The notes under the pieces are model-generated. The model made no database searches and was not told the DNA's origin. It saw only the letters and a program-made list of their open reading frames with translations. Of a DNA stretch of 64,000 bases, positions 1 through 8,800 are shown in pieces (the stretch's first letter is position 1; every line of letters begins with the position of its first letter). The stretch is from a virus. The stretch is taken from positions 38,477 to 102,476 of the IMG/VR virus record IMGVR_UViG_3300018036_000004; one strand, 5' to 3'. Position numbers and translations under genes: made by a program.

Positions 1-289
1 AACAAACTTAGGACACACATTGGTTATTTTGTTACATGAACTGTGTCATGCTGACCAAGGTAATCTCCCTACTATTAATGGTAAGACACGACCACACGAC
101 TTACCTTTTAATATACAACAGTACAAGATGGCTCGTAAGTGGTGGGGTTACACTACTCATCCCGAGGATGCCGGATGGTCCATTGGTAAAGGGTACGCTC
201 CCACTAAACATTTAAGGGTTTGGTTAGAACAAAAGATAGTAGACCAAGACCCAAAGGTTATGGCTTGGTTAAAAAAGATTGTCTTTTAA
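1..289 (+). CDS. 5'-truncated HExxH (zincin/SprT-like) metalloprotein
   Basis: Frame is open from position 2; contains LLHELCH motif. Confidence 0.5.
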   Translation, partial: TNLGHTLVILLHELCHADQGNLPTINGKTRPHDLPFNIQQYKMARKWWGYTTHPEDAGWSIGKGYAPTKHLRVWLEQKIVDQDPKVMAWLKKIVF

Positions 290-386
290 ACTCTCTTTTG
301 TAATTCCGTTTCCTATATATATTTGTGGAAGGGATACCACTTTAAAAAATAGGACCCACTTACTTACAATGCTAATGGAGCACATC

Positions 387-656
387 ATGGTCGATATGAC
401 ATATGAACAACAACTCAATCTTAAAACCCTTAAGACTTTGGACTTGGAAGTCTTTAACTTGAAAGTACAGTTTAAAGACTTACTACAACAACAAGGATGC
501 CACCCGGTAGCCATTAAAAGTTTCTTTGAAGGTATGATAACTACTTCTGAAGTGATTAGACATACACCAAGTCCTACTATGGAAACCTATGAAGTAGGTT
601 TGGAACTTACAGAGAAACAAAACAGCTTGAACACTTACAAAAAACTTTGTAAGTAA
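387..656 (+). CDS. hypothetical protein
   Basis: GGAG at 377-380 precedes ATG 387 within ORF 279..656. Confidence 0.6.
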   Translation: MVDMTYEQQLNLKTLKTLDLEVFNLKVQFKDLLQQQGCHPVAIKSFFEGMITTSEVIRHTPSPTMETYEVGLELTEKQNSLNTYKKLCK

Positions 657-719
657 ACTACAACACAAGGTTGGTTGGTACTAGTATCAATCAACCTTAC
701 TTTATGGAGAATACCTATC

Positions 720-956
720 ATGGTTAACAATACAGAAGACACTACAGCTTTGAAACAATGTGTTAAGATTATGAGTTCTACCGAACCTCAAGACTTGGAC
801 CAAGAACAAGCAGACTTTATGTTTGATACAATACAAGCATACAACGATGAAGATCGTATGTTTGATCCCGTATTGGATTGTGCCTTGTCTGACTTAGAAG
901 CCTTCTTGGATAAAGCCGGTTCGTTAGAACAAGAGATTACTGAAGACAACGCTTAA
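720..956 (+). CDS. acidic hypothetical protein
   Basis: GGAGA precedes ATG 720 within ORF 675..956. Confidence 0.6.
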   Translation: MVNNTEDTTALKQCVKIMSSTEPQDLDQEQADFMFDTIQAYNDEDRMFDPVLDCALSDLEAFLDKAGSLEQEITEDNA

Positions 957-976
957 CCCTATACCCTATACACATT

Positions 977-1024
977 AAGGCCTATACAGTACCTATACAC
1001 TGTATAGGCCTTCTTTTGTTTTTT
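977..1024 (+). terminator. intrinsic terminator
   Basis: AAGGCCTATACAGT / ACTGTATAGGCCTT stem followed by a T-rich tract. Confidence 0.75.
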
Positions 1025-1092
1025 ACCTAGGTCCTTACATACCTATATACCTACAACACTATTAAACCTCAAATACGGGTACCCTATATACC

Positions 1093-1680
1093 ATGAACAT
1101 CTTTACAATAGAATATAAGAATATACCTACACTAGATAATAAACATAAAGTAGAAATAGATTGGATTAGATCTGGCCAAACACAAGACGACCTAAGAACA
1201 GTTAAGATGGTAACTGAAACTACCCAACTACTATGTACAGCTGTTAATCTAAATGTTGGTAAACAAGTTACTAGATATAAAACAGCCCACCAACACCACC
1301 CATGCTCTAAATGGACTAGACACTCTTACATGAACTGGTGTAACTTACTTACTCATGGTATGGCCTTATCCTTTGAATACACAAAAAGATTTGGTAAGAT
1401 ACATAAGTGTCATGACGTACTACTACAGCTTAACCAATGGAACTTGTTTGGGTTTAACAATACAACACTAGAAGACATATTCCCTAACTATAACTCTACG
1501 CCTGTATACCTATGTATACCTGAAGAATACATAAGAGAAAACGATCCAGTACTATCCTATAGACTATTCTATACCAGTAAACCTAGAATGAGATACAAAA
1601 GACAACAACCACCTACTTGGTTTACGGAGATGAGAACACTACCCTATGAGTCTAGTACAGGTGTGTTAATACCTTCCTAA
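1093..1680 (+). CDS. pyrimidine-dimer DNA glycosylase/endonuclease V-like protein
   Basis: MNIF start; KMxxExxQLLxTA, YKxxHxxHPCxxW and EYxxRFGKxHK motifs typical of this phage family. Confidence 0.75.
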   Translation: MNIFTIEYKNIPTLDNKHKVEIDWIRSGQTQDDLRTVKMVTETTQLLCTAVNLNVGKQVTRYKTAHQHHPCSKWTRHSYMNWCNLLTHGMALSFEYTKRFGKIHKCHDVLLQLNQWNLFGFNNTTLEDIFPNYNSTPVYLCIPEEYIRENDPVLSYRLFYTSKPRMRYKRQQPPTWFTEMRTLPYESSTGVLIPS

Positions 1681-1825
1681 ACCAACCTGATGGGATTTTT
1701 CCTACAGAACTGCACCATTAACTTCCGAATGAGTACGGACTACCCAATTCTCGTACATTAGATGTGTATTGAAAATTCAAAAGTAAATCCTAACGGTATT
1801 TAAACTAGGGATCTAAAGTCCAGTG

Positions 1826-1866
1826 TTATGTTGTATGTATTATGTTGTATGTATTATGTTGTATGT
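1826..1866. repeat. 14-bp tandem repeat x3 (TTATGTTGTATGTA)
   Basis: Copies at 1826, 1840 and 1854 in a non-coding gap. Confidence 0.9.
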
Positions 1867-2101
1867 GTACTGTGTGTAAGTCTTACTGTGTTCAAAGTAT
1901 ACCTCAAAACCTTTTAGTCCATTATTTATAAGAAATTGGTTTTGTAAGTGTAATTAGTGAATGGTGGAAATTGTTGTTATATAATTTTGCAAAGCTTTTT
2001 CCGATCGGGGGATTATGTACATAAATAGTTTATCCGTATGTATAGGGTGTATTATTATGTACGACTTTAATAAGGAGTTTTAATATGGCTTGGAAAATAA
2101 A

Positions 2102-2293
2102 ATGATGCAAAACTTTATTAACAAACTTCCATACAGTCTTAGATGGACAACCCATAATTTAGTAGCACATCCAGCATTAGAAGTACTATACTTACTATCC
2201 ATTCTTTTTAAATATCCCAAGTTGAATGATTGGGGAAATCGATTACACGATTGTACAATACCAAAACATGAAAAAGGGTCTGGGAGGGGTTGA
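2102..2293 (+). CDS. hypothetical protein
   Basis: ORF whose stop overlaps the next start. Confidence 0.55.
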   Translation: MMQNFINKLPYSLRWTTHNLVAHPALEVLYLLSILFKYPKLNDWGNRLHDCTIPKHEKGSGRG

Positions 2294-2622
2294 TGGCTAA
2301 GTTATTCTATTTACAAAGAACAGAAGACGAGTCTGGTGTTAGTGGTACGGGTAAGATAGCCCAAGGTGTTATCTTTGATAATGGGAAAGTAGCTCTAACC
2401 TGGTTGTCAGATCATCCTAGTGTGTCAATGTATGACAATATAGGGGATGTTAGAGTTATACATGGGCATGAGGGTAAAACAGAAGTGGTAATGGAACAAG
2501 ATTGGAAAAGATCTTTTCAAGAGTTAAAGTCTGCTTTACATAACTTTGATATGGTAAGTGTAATGAAAGGTTGTGTACCGGAAGGCAGTGAAACAAAGGA
2601 TTTATTAGATAAACACAAGTGA
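2290..2622 (+). CDS. conserved phage protein of unknown function
   Basis: FYLxRxEDxSGVSGTGxxAxGVxFxxGxVALxW pattern common in phage ORFs. Confidence 0.65.
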   Translation: MMAKLFYLQRTEDESGVSGTGKIAQGVIFDNGKVALTWLSDHPSVSMYDNIGDVRVIHGHEGKTEVVMEQDWKRSFQELKSALHNFDMVSVMKGCVPEGSETKDLLDKHK

Positions 2623-2633
2623 TAGGAGTAAGT

Positions 2634-3032
2634 ATGTCACAAATCAAGGTTGTAGTAGAATTAAACATAGATGAGGAAGGTAACATTCAGACTTTACATT
2701 ATCCGTTAGATGAAGAAAACGAGAAGATGTTGAATGCCTTACCTGCTGGAGGTTTACCTCATTTATCTCAGTCGTTAATGATCGAGTCTTTTAAAAGGGA
2801 AGCGTATGTTTCTTTTGTGTCTGTATTAAGTCAAGGTACCGCCATAGAGGATATACATCCAGAGGAAGTCAAACAAGTATGTAGGGGTCGTTTTGATAAG
2901 GCTTTAGATAAGTACTTGGGTGCTATTTGTGGAATGGTTATGTTGGAACATATGCCACAAACAGAAGAAGCCTCTGACAGTGAACCAGAGGCTTCAAGTG
3001 GGGAAGAAGTAGATACGATTAGTTTCGACTAA
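2634..3032 (+). CDS. hypothetical protein
   Basis: AGGAG RBS before ATG 2634. Confidence 0.65.
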   Translation: MSQIKVVVELNIDEEGNIQTLHYPLDEENEKMLNALPAGGLPHLSQSLMIESFKREAYVSFVSVLSQGTAIEDIHPEEVKQVCRGRFDKALDKYLGAICGMVMLEHMPQTEEASDSEPEASSGEEVDTISFD

Positions 3033-3316
3033 GTATCTGTAGACATTACATAAGGTTGGATAGATTCTTGTAAGGCTTGCAAGTTAACAGTATAGTTTTC
3101 AGGTGTATCGCTATCCAGCCTGTTTTGTATTAAGTGTTTAAGGTTACTAGGGTTTAAGTTATCTAGTAGAACATGACCAAGTAGTAGGACATCTTTTTGT
3201 TCTAACTGTATAGTCTTAATGTCGTACTCAGAAGTATTTGTAGGTAGGTCTATACTATCAAAGACCAGTTTAAAGTTATTTGTATTGTGTTTACTTGTAA
3301 CAAGGTATAGTGTCAT
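3029..3316 (-). CDS. hypothetical protein
   Basis: ORF coupled to the upstream gene (TAATG). Confidence 0.6.
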   Translation of the reverse strand: MTLYLVTSKHNTNNFKLVFDSIDLPTNTSEYDIKTIQLEQKDVLLLGHVLLDNLNPSNLKHLIQNRLDSDTPENYTVNLQALQESIQPYVMSTDT

Positions 3317-3567
3317 TATTTCTCCTTACCGGATCTACATTTAGAACACCAAGATTGTGGTATTTTCTTGCCGTTAATAGTTCTCCAACCAAAGTGTTCT
3401 TCTACAGTATCAAAGAGTTCACAGTTAGGACATTTAGTATATGTACTGTAAAAGTTTTGAATTCTGTCTTCTACATCAGTAAGAACTTGTTTCACTTTAG
3501 TTTTGTGTGGTACTGTTAAAGTAACAGTAATAGTATCTTTGTTTCGAATAGTAGTAATTTGATGCAT
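3316..3567 (-). CDS. small Zn-finger protein
   Basis: CPNC ... CSKC; GGAGG RBS before ATG 3567. Confidence 0.65.
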   Translation of the reverse strand: MHQITTIRNKDTITVTLTVPHKTKVKQVLTDVEDRIQNFYSTYTKCPNCELFDTVEEHFGWRTINGKKIPQSWCSKCRSGKEK

Positions 3568-3606
3568 ATTCACCTCCATATTTATATACTGTAAAGTTGT
3601 GTGTGT

Positions 3607-4860
3607 TTATAGGTTTCTACTTCCAATACTGTCGGGTAGTTCTGGATAAAGTTCTTTGAGTTTACAATAGAATATATAAGTGTGGGCATATTCCCAAGGC
3701 TTACCTCTAGGTGTTAAGTATTGTGTTTCATTTAAGTGTTGACTTAAGTCTTCCATAGAGAAAGAAGGATTAGTTTCCACAAAAGCTTTAACAATTTTGT
3801 GTATACATTGATAGTAGTAGGCTGTGGGTGTCATACCTACTTTTTCACAGTTACGAAGAACAGACATAGCGGACATACAAAACATCCCCGCCAGTTCATC
3901 GTATCTAATTGGGTGTGTTTGACTTTCAAGAATACTTATTAGTTTGGTTTTAAAAGTAGTGTCTAACAAGTATTGTTTAACAGCGTCGTTATGGTTCTTA
4001 ATTAAAGGTTGTAGTAATCCGTTAAGGTTTTCTACACTCTTGTATAAAGTCTGGTCATCACACAAAGATGGAAGAATGTCTTTTATATCTTTTATTGTAA
4101 TAGTGTGTGTTAAAGGTAAAGTGCTTATATACTTCTGTATTCTAGGTAGTAGTACGGTTACATCTTGTTTTTGAATACAGATACCATGTTTATTACAAAG
4201 GATTGTAACGGACCATCGACCAAAGGACTTACCGTTTTTATTAGTATAGCCGGCTTCGTTTAGTTTCTTAGTAATCTCAGCATATGTCAAAGGTTGTTGT
4301 TCTAACAAGGATTTAATATAAGTTATGGATTCTGGGTCTTCTAGTTTAGGTTGTTCCTGTTGAACGATAACACTATCCTCAAAGTTGATGTTAGTAACAT
4401 CTGGTAGTAAGGTATAAGGATTAAACACTTGAGGGTCAAACTCACAGATTTCCTCTATTGGTGTAGGTTGTATCTTTCTAAGACTTTGAACAGCCACAAC
4501 ACCTTTAACAGTTTGTACACCTCTAGTTTGTAGATAATAATTCAAACCATTACTAGACCAAGGTTTACCTTGAGTATTAGTAATTCTTAAACTGTTTAGA
4601 ATGGAACAAAGTGTATTGCTAGATATAAGTGTTTTACCATGTTCTTCCAAAACTAAACTCAAGTCTACTAAGGGTGCGTCTATAAGGAAACTTAAAACTC
4701 TTTTTCTTTTAGGTAATGAGTTCTTAGTACGCATATAGTGAATAGTCTGTTTAGACACTTGTTTACCAAAAGACAACAGTTTAACCATGTCTTGGTCTTT
4801 ATAGCCTTGTAGTGTATACTTCAGGATCTCAGTTTTTTGTTGTAAGTCCAGTTCTACCAT
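3607..4860 (-). CDS. DNA-binding protein with three recombinase-domain-like HTH repeats and no catalytic serine recombinase domain
   Basis: Three LNxxgxxTxxGKxW/F repeats; AGGAGA before ATG 4860. Confidence 0.6.
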   Translation of the reverse strand: MVELDLQQKTEILKYTLQGYKDQDMVKLLSFGKQVSKQTIHYMRTKNSLPKRKRVLSFLIDAPLVDLSLVLEEHGKTLISSNTLCSILNSLRITNTQGKPWSSNGLNYYLQTRGVQTVKGVVAVQSLRKIQPTPIEEICEFDPQVFNPYTLLPDVTNINFEDSVIVQQEQPKLEDPESITYIKSLLEQQPLTYAEITKKLNEAGYTNKNGKSFGRWSVTILCNKHGICIQKQDVTVLLPRIQKYISTLPLTHTITIKDIKDILPSLCDDQTLYKSVENLNGLLQPLIKNHNDAVKQYLLDTTFKTKLISILESQTHPIRYDELAGMFCMSAMSVLRNCEKVGMTPTAYYYQCIHKIVKAFVETNPSFSMEDLSQHLNETQYLTPRGKPWEYAHTYIFYCKLKELYPELPDSIGSRNL

Positions 4861-4937
4861 ATGTTCTCCTGTGGTTAGATACAGATATATACTAAAACAC
4901 AAGAAAAAATTATAGGTTATTTTATATTTTTAAAAGT

Positions 4938-5183
4938 CTAGTTAACATACACCACTGTATCCCAAGGACCTAAGTGTTCTGGTGTAAGTACTACTCTATA
5001 CTTACAATCTAGTAAGACAGTGTTCCAAGTGTCACTGTCAATCACCATTTGTGTAGAGAAGGGTATTCCTAAGTTTAATTGTAGACAGCACACATACATA
5101 AACAATACCAAGTCTTCACACTCGAATTGTTTTAAATAGGCTGTGCCGTCTATTACGGTATATTGAAACTGTAGGAATCTCAT
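4938..5183 (-). CDS. hypothetical protein
   Basis: ORF; class-2 promoter-like motif upstream. Confidence 0.45.
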   Translation of the reverse strand: MRFLQFQYTVIDGTAYLKQFECEDLVLFMYVCCLQLNLGIPFSTQMVIDSDTWNTVLLDCKYRVVLTPEHLGPWDTVVYVN

Positions 5184-5304
5184 TCATCATTTATTGTATT
5201 AGTATTATCATATTTAATAAACAAATTAAAGGACCCACAACCTATAAACTTTTCCCTTAGGTTGGGGTCCTTAGTAGTATTGTAGTTTATAACTGGGTTT
5301 AAAG

Positions 5305-5778
5305 TTATAATAAAACTTTGTAGTCTAGTGTAATGTAACCCTCGACATAAAAACCACCATCAATGTCAAAAGCTGAGTAAACATCTAAGGATGTATATTC
5401 TGTGTCTTCTAACTGTTCGTTTAATATGTTCTCCACAAAACCAACAGCTTCCCTCTCACTTATATCGTAGACCTTGGTGTTAACAACAACACCCATTGGA
5501 TAGTTATAATCTAAACGGGCCTCTATAGTAGTATCTGAGTCTACATAAACATCTGACACAAGGTATTGTATACCTAAAGCTTTCTTTTGTAGTAAGGTAC
5601 TAAAACCTCTATTACTCTGGTAGAGTTGTAAGAAGTATTTATTTAAGTCCTTTTCAGACATACCTAAAGCTTCAGCTAATACAATTGCTTGTTTTAGATG
5701 GGAGGAGGATCTGTCTCCGTTCCAGTTATTAAAAGTCTCTTGGAAAACTTGATCTAATTTTGGATCAATTTTGGTCAT
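5305..5778 (-). CDS. hypothetical protein with leader-B-like N-terminus
   Basis: GDxSxxxQAIVLAEALGM resembles the N-termini of 18763, 22169, 23370 and 51817. Confidence 0.6.
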   Translation of the reverse strand: MTKIDPKLDQVFQETFNNWNGDRSSSHLKQAIVLAEALGMSEKDLNKYFLQLYQSNRGFSTLLQKKALGIQYLVSDVYVDSDTTIEARLDYNYPMGVVVNTKVYDISEREAVGFVENILNEQLEDTEYTSLDVYSAFDIDGGFYVEGYITLDYKVLL

Positions 5779-5828
5779 ACTAGTAATCCTTGTTTTGTTA
5801 ATTTATCTTCTACAATTTTATAAACAAA

Positions 5829-5861
5829 TAAAAAGGGGGGTCCTTTTACAAGACCCCCCTT
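5829..5861 (-). terminator. intrinsic terminator downstream of the sheath gene
   Basis: AAGGGGGTC / GACCCCCCTT stem plus T tract on the minus strand. Confidence 0.75.
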
Positions 5862-5884
5862 AGTTCAGGTTCCTTTAGTTCGGT

Positions 5885-8800
5885 TTACAAACTAGAACGA
5901 ACATTGAAAGTAATTACAATGTAGATCAATGGGAACACTGGTTGGTAGTAGGCTTCCACTTCGATAGCCGTTGCATCCGTTTCAGATACTTTAGCACTAG
6001 CAGGAATAAAGGTAGCAATAATTTGGTTACCCACAAGTCCTTTAAGAGTAGCGTTTAACTGACCCTCGATTTGACTTGTAATCCCTGGTAAGAACTTAAT
6101 ACCAATGAAACGATCCAAAGTAGCACGGGCTTGTCTTTGAACTTCATCTGCAATAGTAATAACAGAAGGAGTTCTAGACAAAGTGTTAGTCATGTCTGTT
6201 GTAAGACCGTGACGAACAGAAATAACCTGTCTGTCTTGTCCAATAACAGTCACACCTCTAACGGCCACTTGGTTTTGTGCTACAGCATCTAACTTACGAG
6301 CAACTTCATCAAATCCAACAATACGACCACGAGTCCAAGGAGTCGCAACATCAATTGTAGGACTTGCTCTGTTACCAGCCCAAGCGGCTGCTACATAAGT
6401 ACCATCCACCAAGTAAGACTTAACAGAACCATCCGCTGCAGTTAAAGACAATGTAACAATGTCCGGATACATAATTCTCAAACGAGAACGTTTAACGGCT
6501 TCTGCTATATTACCGACCTGTCTAGGTTGTGTTCCAGCACTAACACCAACAATCGCAGTTCTTTCCGCACGATAACGAATAGAACTTTGAATGTCACAAT
6601 GTCTAGCCAAGTATTGGAACATTGGTAAACTATCACCCCGCATAGGAACAATGTAGTTAGGATAAATACCACCAGGTAAAGACCCTTCTACTTCATCGAT
6701 AGCCTTAATGTAAGCGTCAATAGAAGCAGAGTCCGGAGTACCATCGTTGTTAATGTCTTCATCCTTTTCTACTTGTTTAATAGCAATGATTACGGCACCA
6801 TTCAAGAACGCTAAGTAAGCACCTAAGGAAACAGGATTAGAAGGAGTCTTTTCACCAAACGCTTGTTCTACAGTCGCTTGTTTAGTGTAAATCTGACTAC
6901 TAAAATCTTGTTTACGATAGTTGTACGACACATAGTAGATGTCTCCTACACTAGGTTCATTTCCACCACTTGCATAAGTAGTAACAACAGCCGAGTCTCC
7001 AACATTAACACCTAAAGTATTAGAAACAATTGTTTCTACTCCCGGTAAAGTATTAATAGGAAGATTGGAGTCTGTTGTAACAACCTTACGAAGTTTGAAA
7101 GTGAAACTTTCACCTGTAGGATAACTAGCGCCACCAGGTCTTGGTAAAACAGTAAAAGTCAAACCAGTAACTAAGTCACGATAGGTTTGTCCAACATTAC
7201 CATCTTGTCCATTACCACTATTAAGTACAGAAGTATTAGCTGAACCCGAACCGTCAATAGGATCAGAAGATGTAACATAGAAACCATCTATGGATGGTTC
7301 ACCAACATTACCTTCTCCACCAGTAACACCTAATCCAGTACCAGGTCTTGTTACAGAGTCTACAGCGGCTTCTACAATAGCAATAGAACTAGAAGTTCCA
7401 ACACCAGAAGTACCTAAACTTTGTAAGTACAAGAACTCTCCACCAACACTATCACGAATAGTTTTAGCAATACCCACTTTAGTAAAGTAAGCAGACGCAC
7501 CACCATCTGCCCAGTCGATTAAGTGCAATGCTATAGACGCTTGGTCGTGTGCCAAAAGAGCACTAACCAATGTTTCCACTTCTACAACAGTTCTAAATAC
7601 TTGTTCACCGGTATTGAATCCAAGTGTGTCGTTAGCAGAACCATTACCAATAGTAATAGAAGCATCTGAACTAGAACTAGCACCACGGAAACGGATACCC
7701 ACACCTTCTTGCATTACCAATCCACTAGCCAAACCTTGAGCAACCATGGCCGCTTGGATTTGGTTTAAGACTGTATTCGCTGTACCAATAGGACCTAAAG
7801 GAACATCTGCAGATGTTGTAATAGCACCGCCAGTACCGTCTGTAAACTCAATAGTTACAGGTACACCTTCGAAAGTAAACTTAAAGATGTTACTTTGTGG
7901 GTTAGTTGAACTTGGACCATAGAAAGTTACTAAAGGTTGTCCACTACCGTCTTGTCCACCTTCAAGTCCAATGTGTGAACTAATAGTAGGTTCCATAACT
8001 GTACCACGAATACCACTAACACCAATTTCGTTAGAAGTAAGACCACAGTTATTGTTTCCACTACCACCTAAGACTTGAATAAAGGCTTGGTCTTGAACAT
8101 ATTGTCCATCCATAGAACCAGATTTTCCAGGTACAAGGCGGTTACGAAGAATAAGTCTATCATAACGCTTTTGTCCTGAGGCACCTGTAAGTGAGAACAC
8201 ACGAGCAATTTTACCATTAACAAGTTTGGCTTGTCCACCTTGTGCACTGTCAGTATCGAAACCTGCTAACACAGCAAAGTCACGAGCAGGAGTTCCATTA
8301 GTTACAAACTCCAAGAAACCACCGTCAGTATCTGTATGATCTGGAATCAAACTAAATACTAATCTTCCACTAGTATCGGCTTCTACTGTAATAATACAGG
8401 AAAGACCCGCTACACCAACTGCTGTGTTTACTGCAGTTTGAATAGCAGATACTAAGTCACTTACAGAACCATAAGTACTTGCGGGAATTGTGACAGAGAT
8501 TGGAACAGAACCTTTAACGGAACCAGTGTAGTTAAGTTCAATTTGATCAAACTCACTCGCACTGATAACAGTAGGAGCCAAGAACTGTGTTACTCCAGTA
8601 ATACTAGGAGCAGCATCTGGATTGTACAAGTGGAATACAGAAGTAGCATCGAAAGTACCACCATCAAGTGTTAACACACCATTAACAGAGGCTGTAACAG
8701 TTCTAACTGTAGTACTTACACCAGTACCTCCTGTACACACAAGTTGCCAGCCTGCATACAGATTATCTGTATCACAAGGCATTTCCGAAGCGGGAATTGT

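Noticed and set aside
1826-1866. Mini CRISPR array
   Set aside because: The repeats are contiguous with no spacers.
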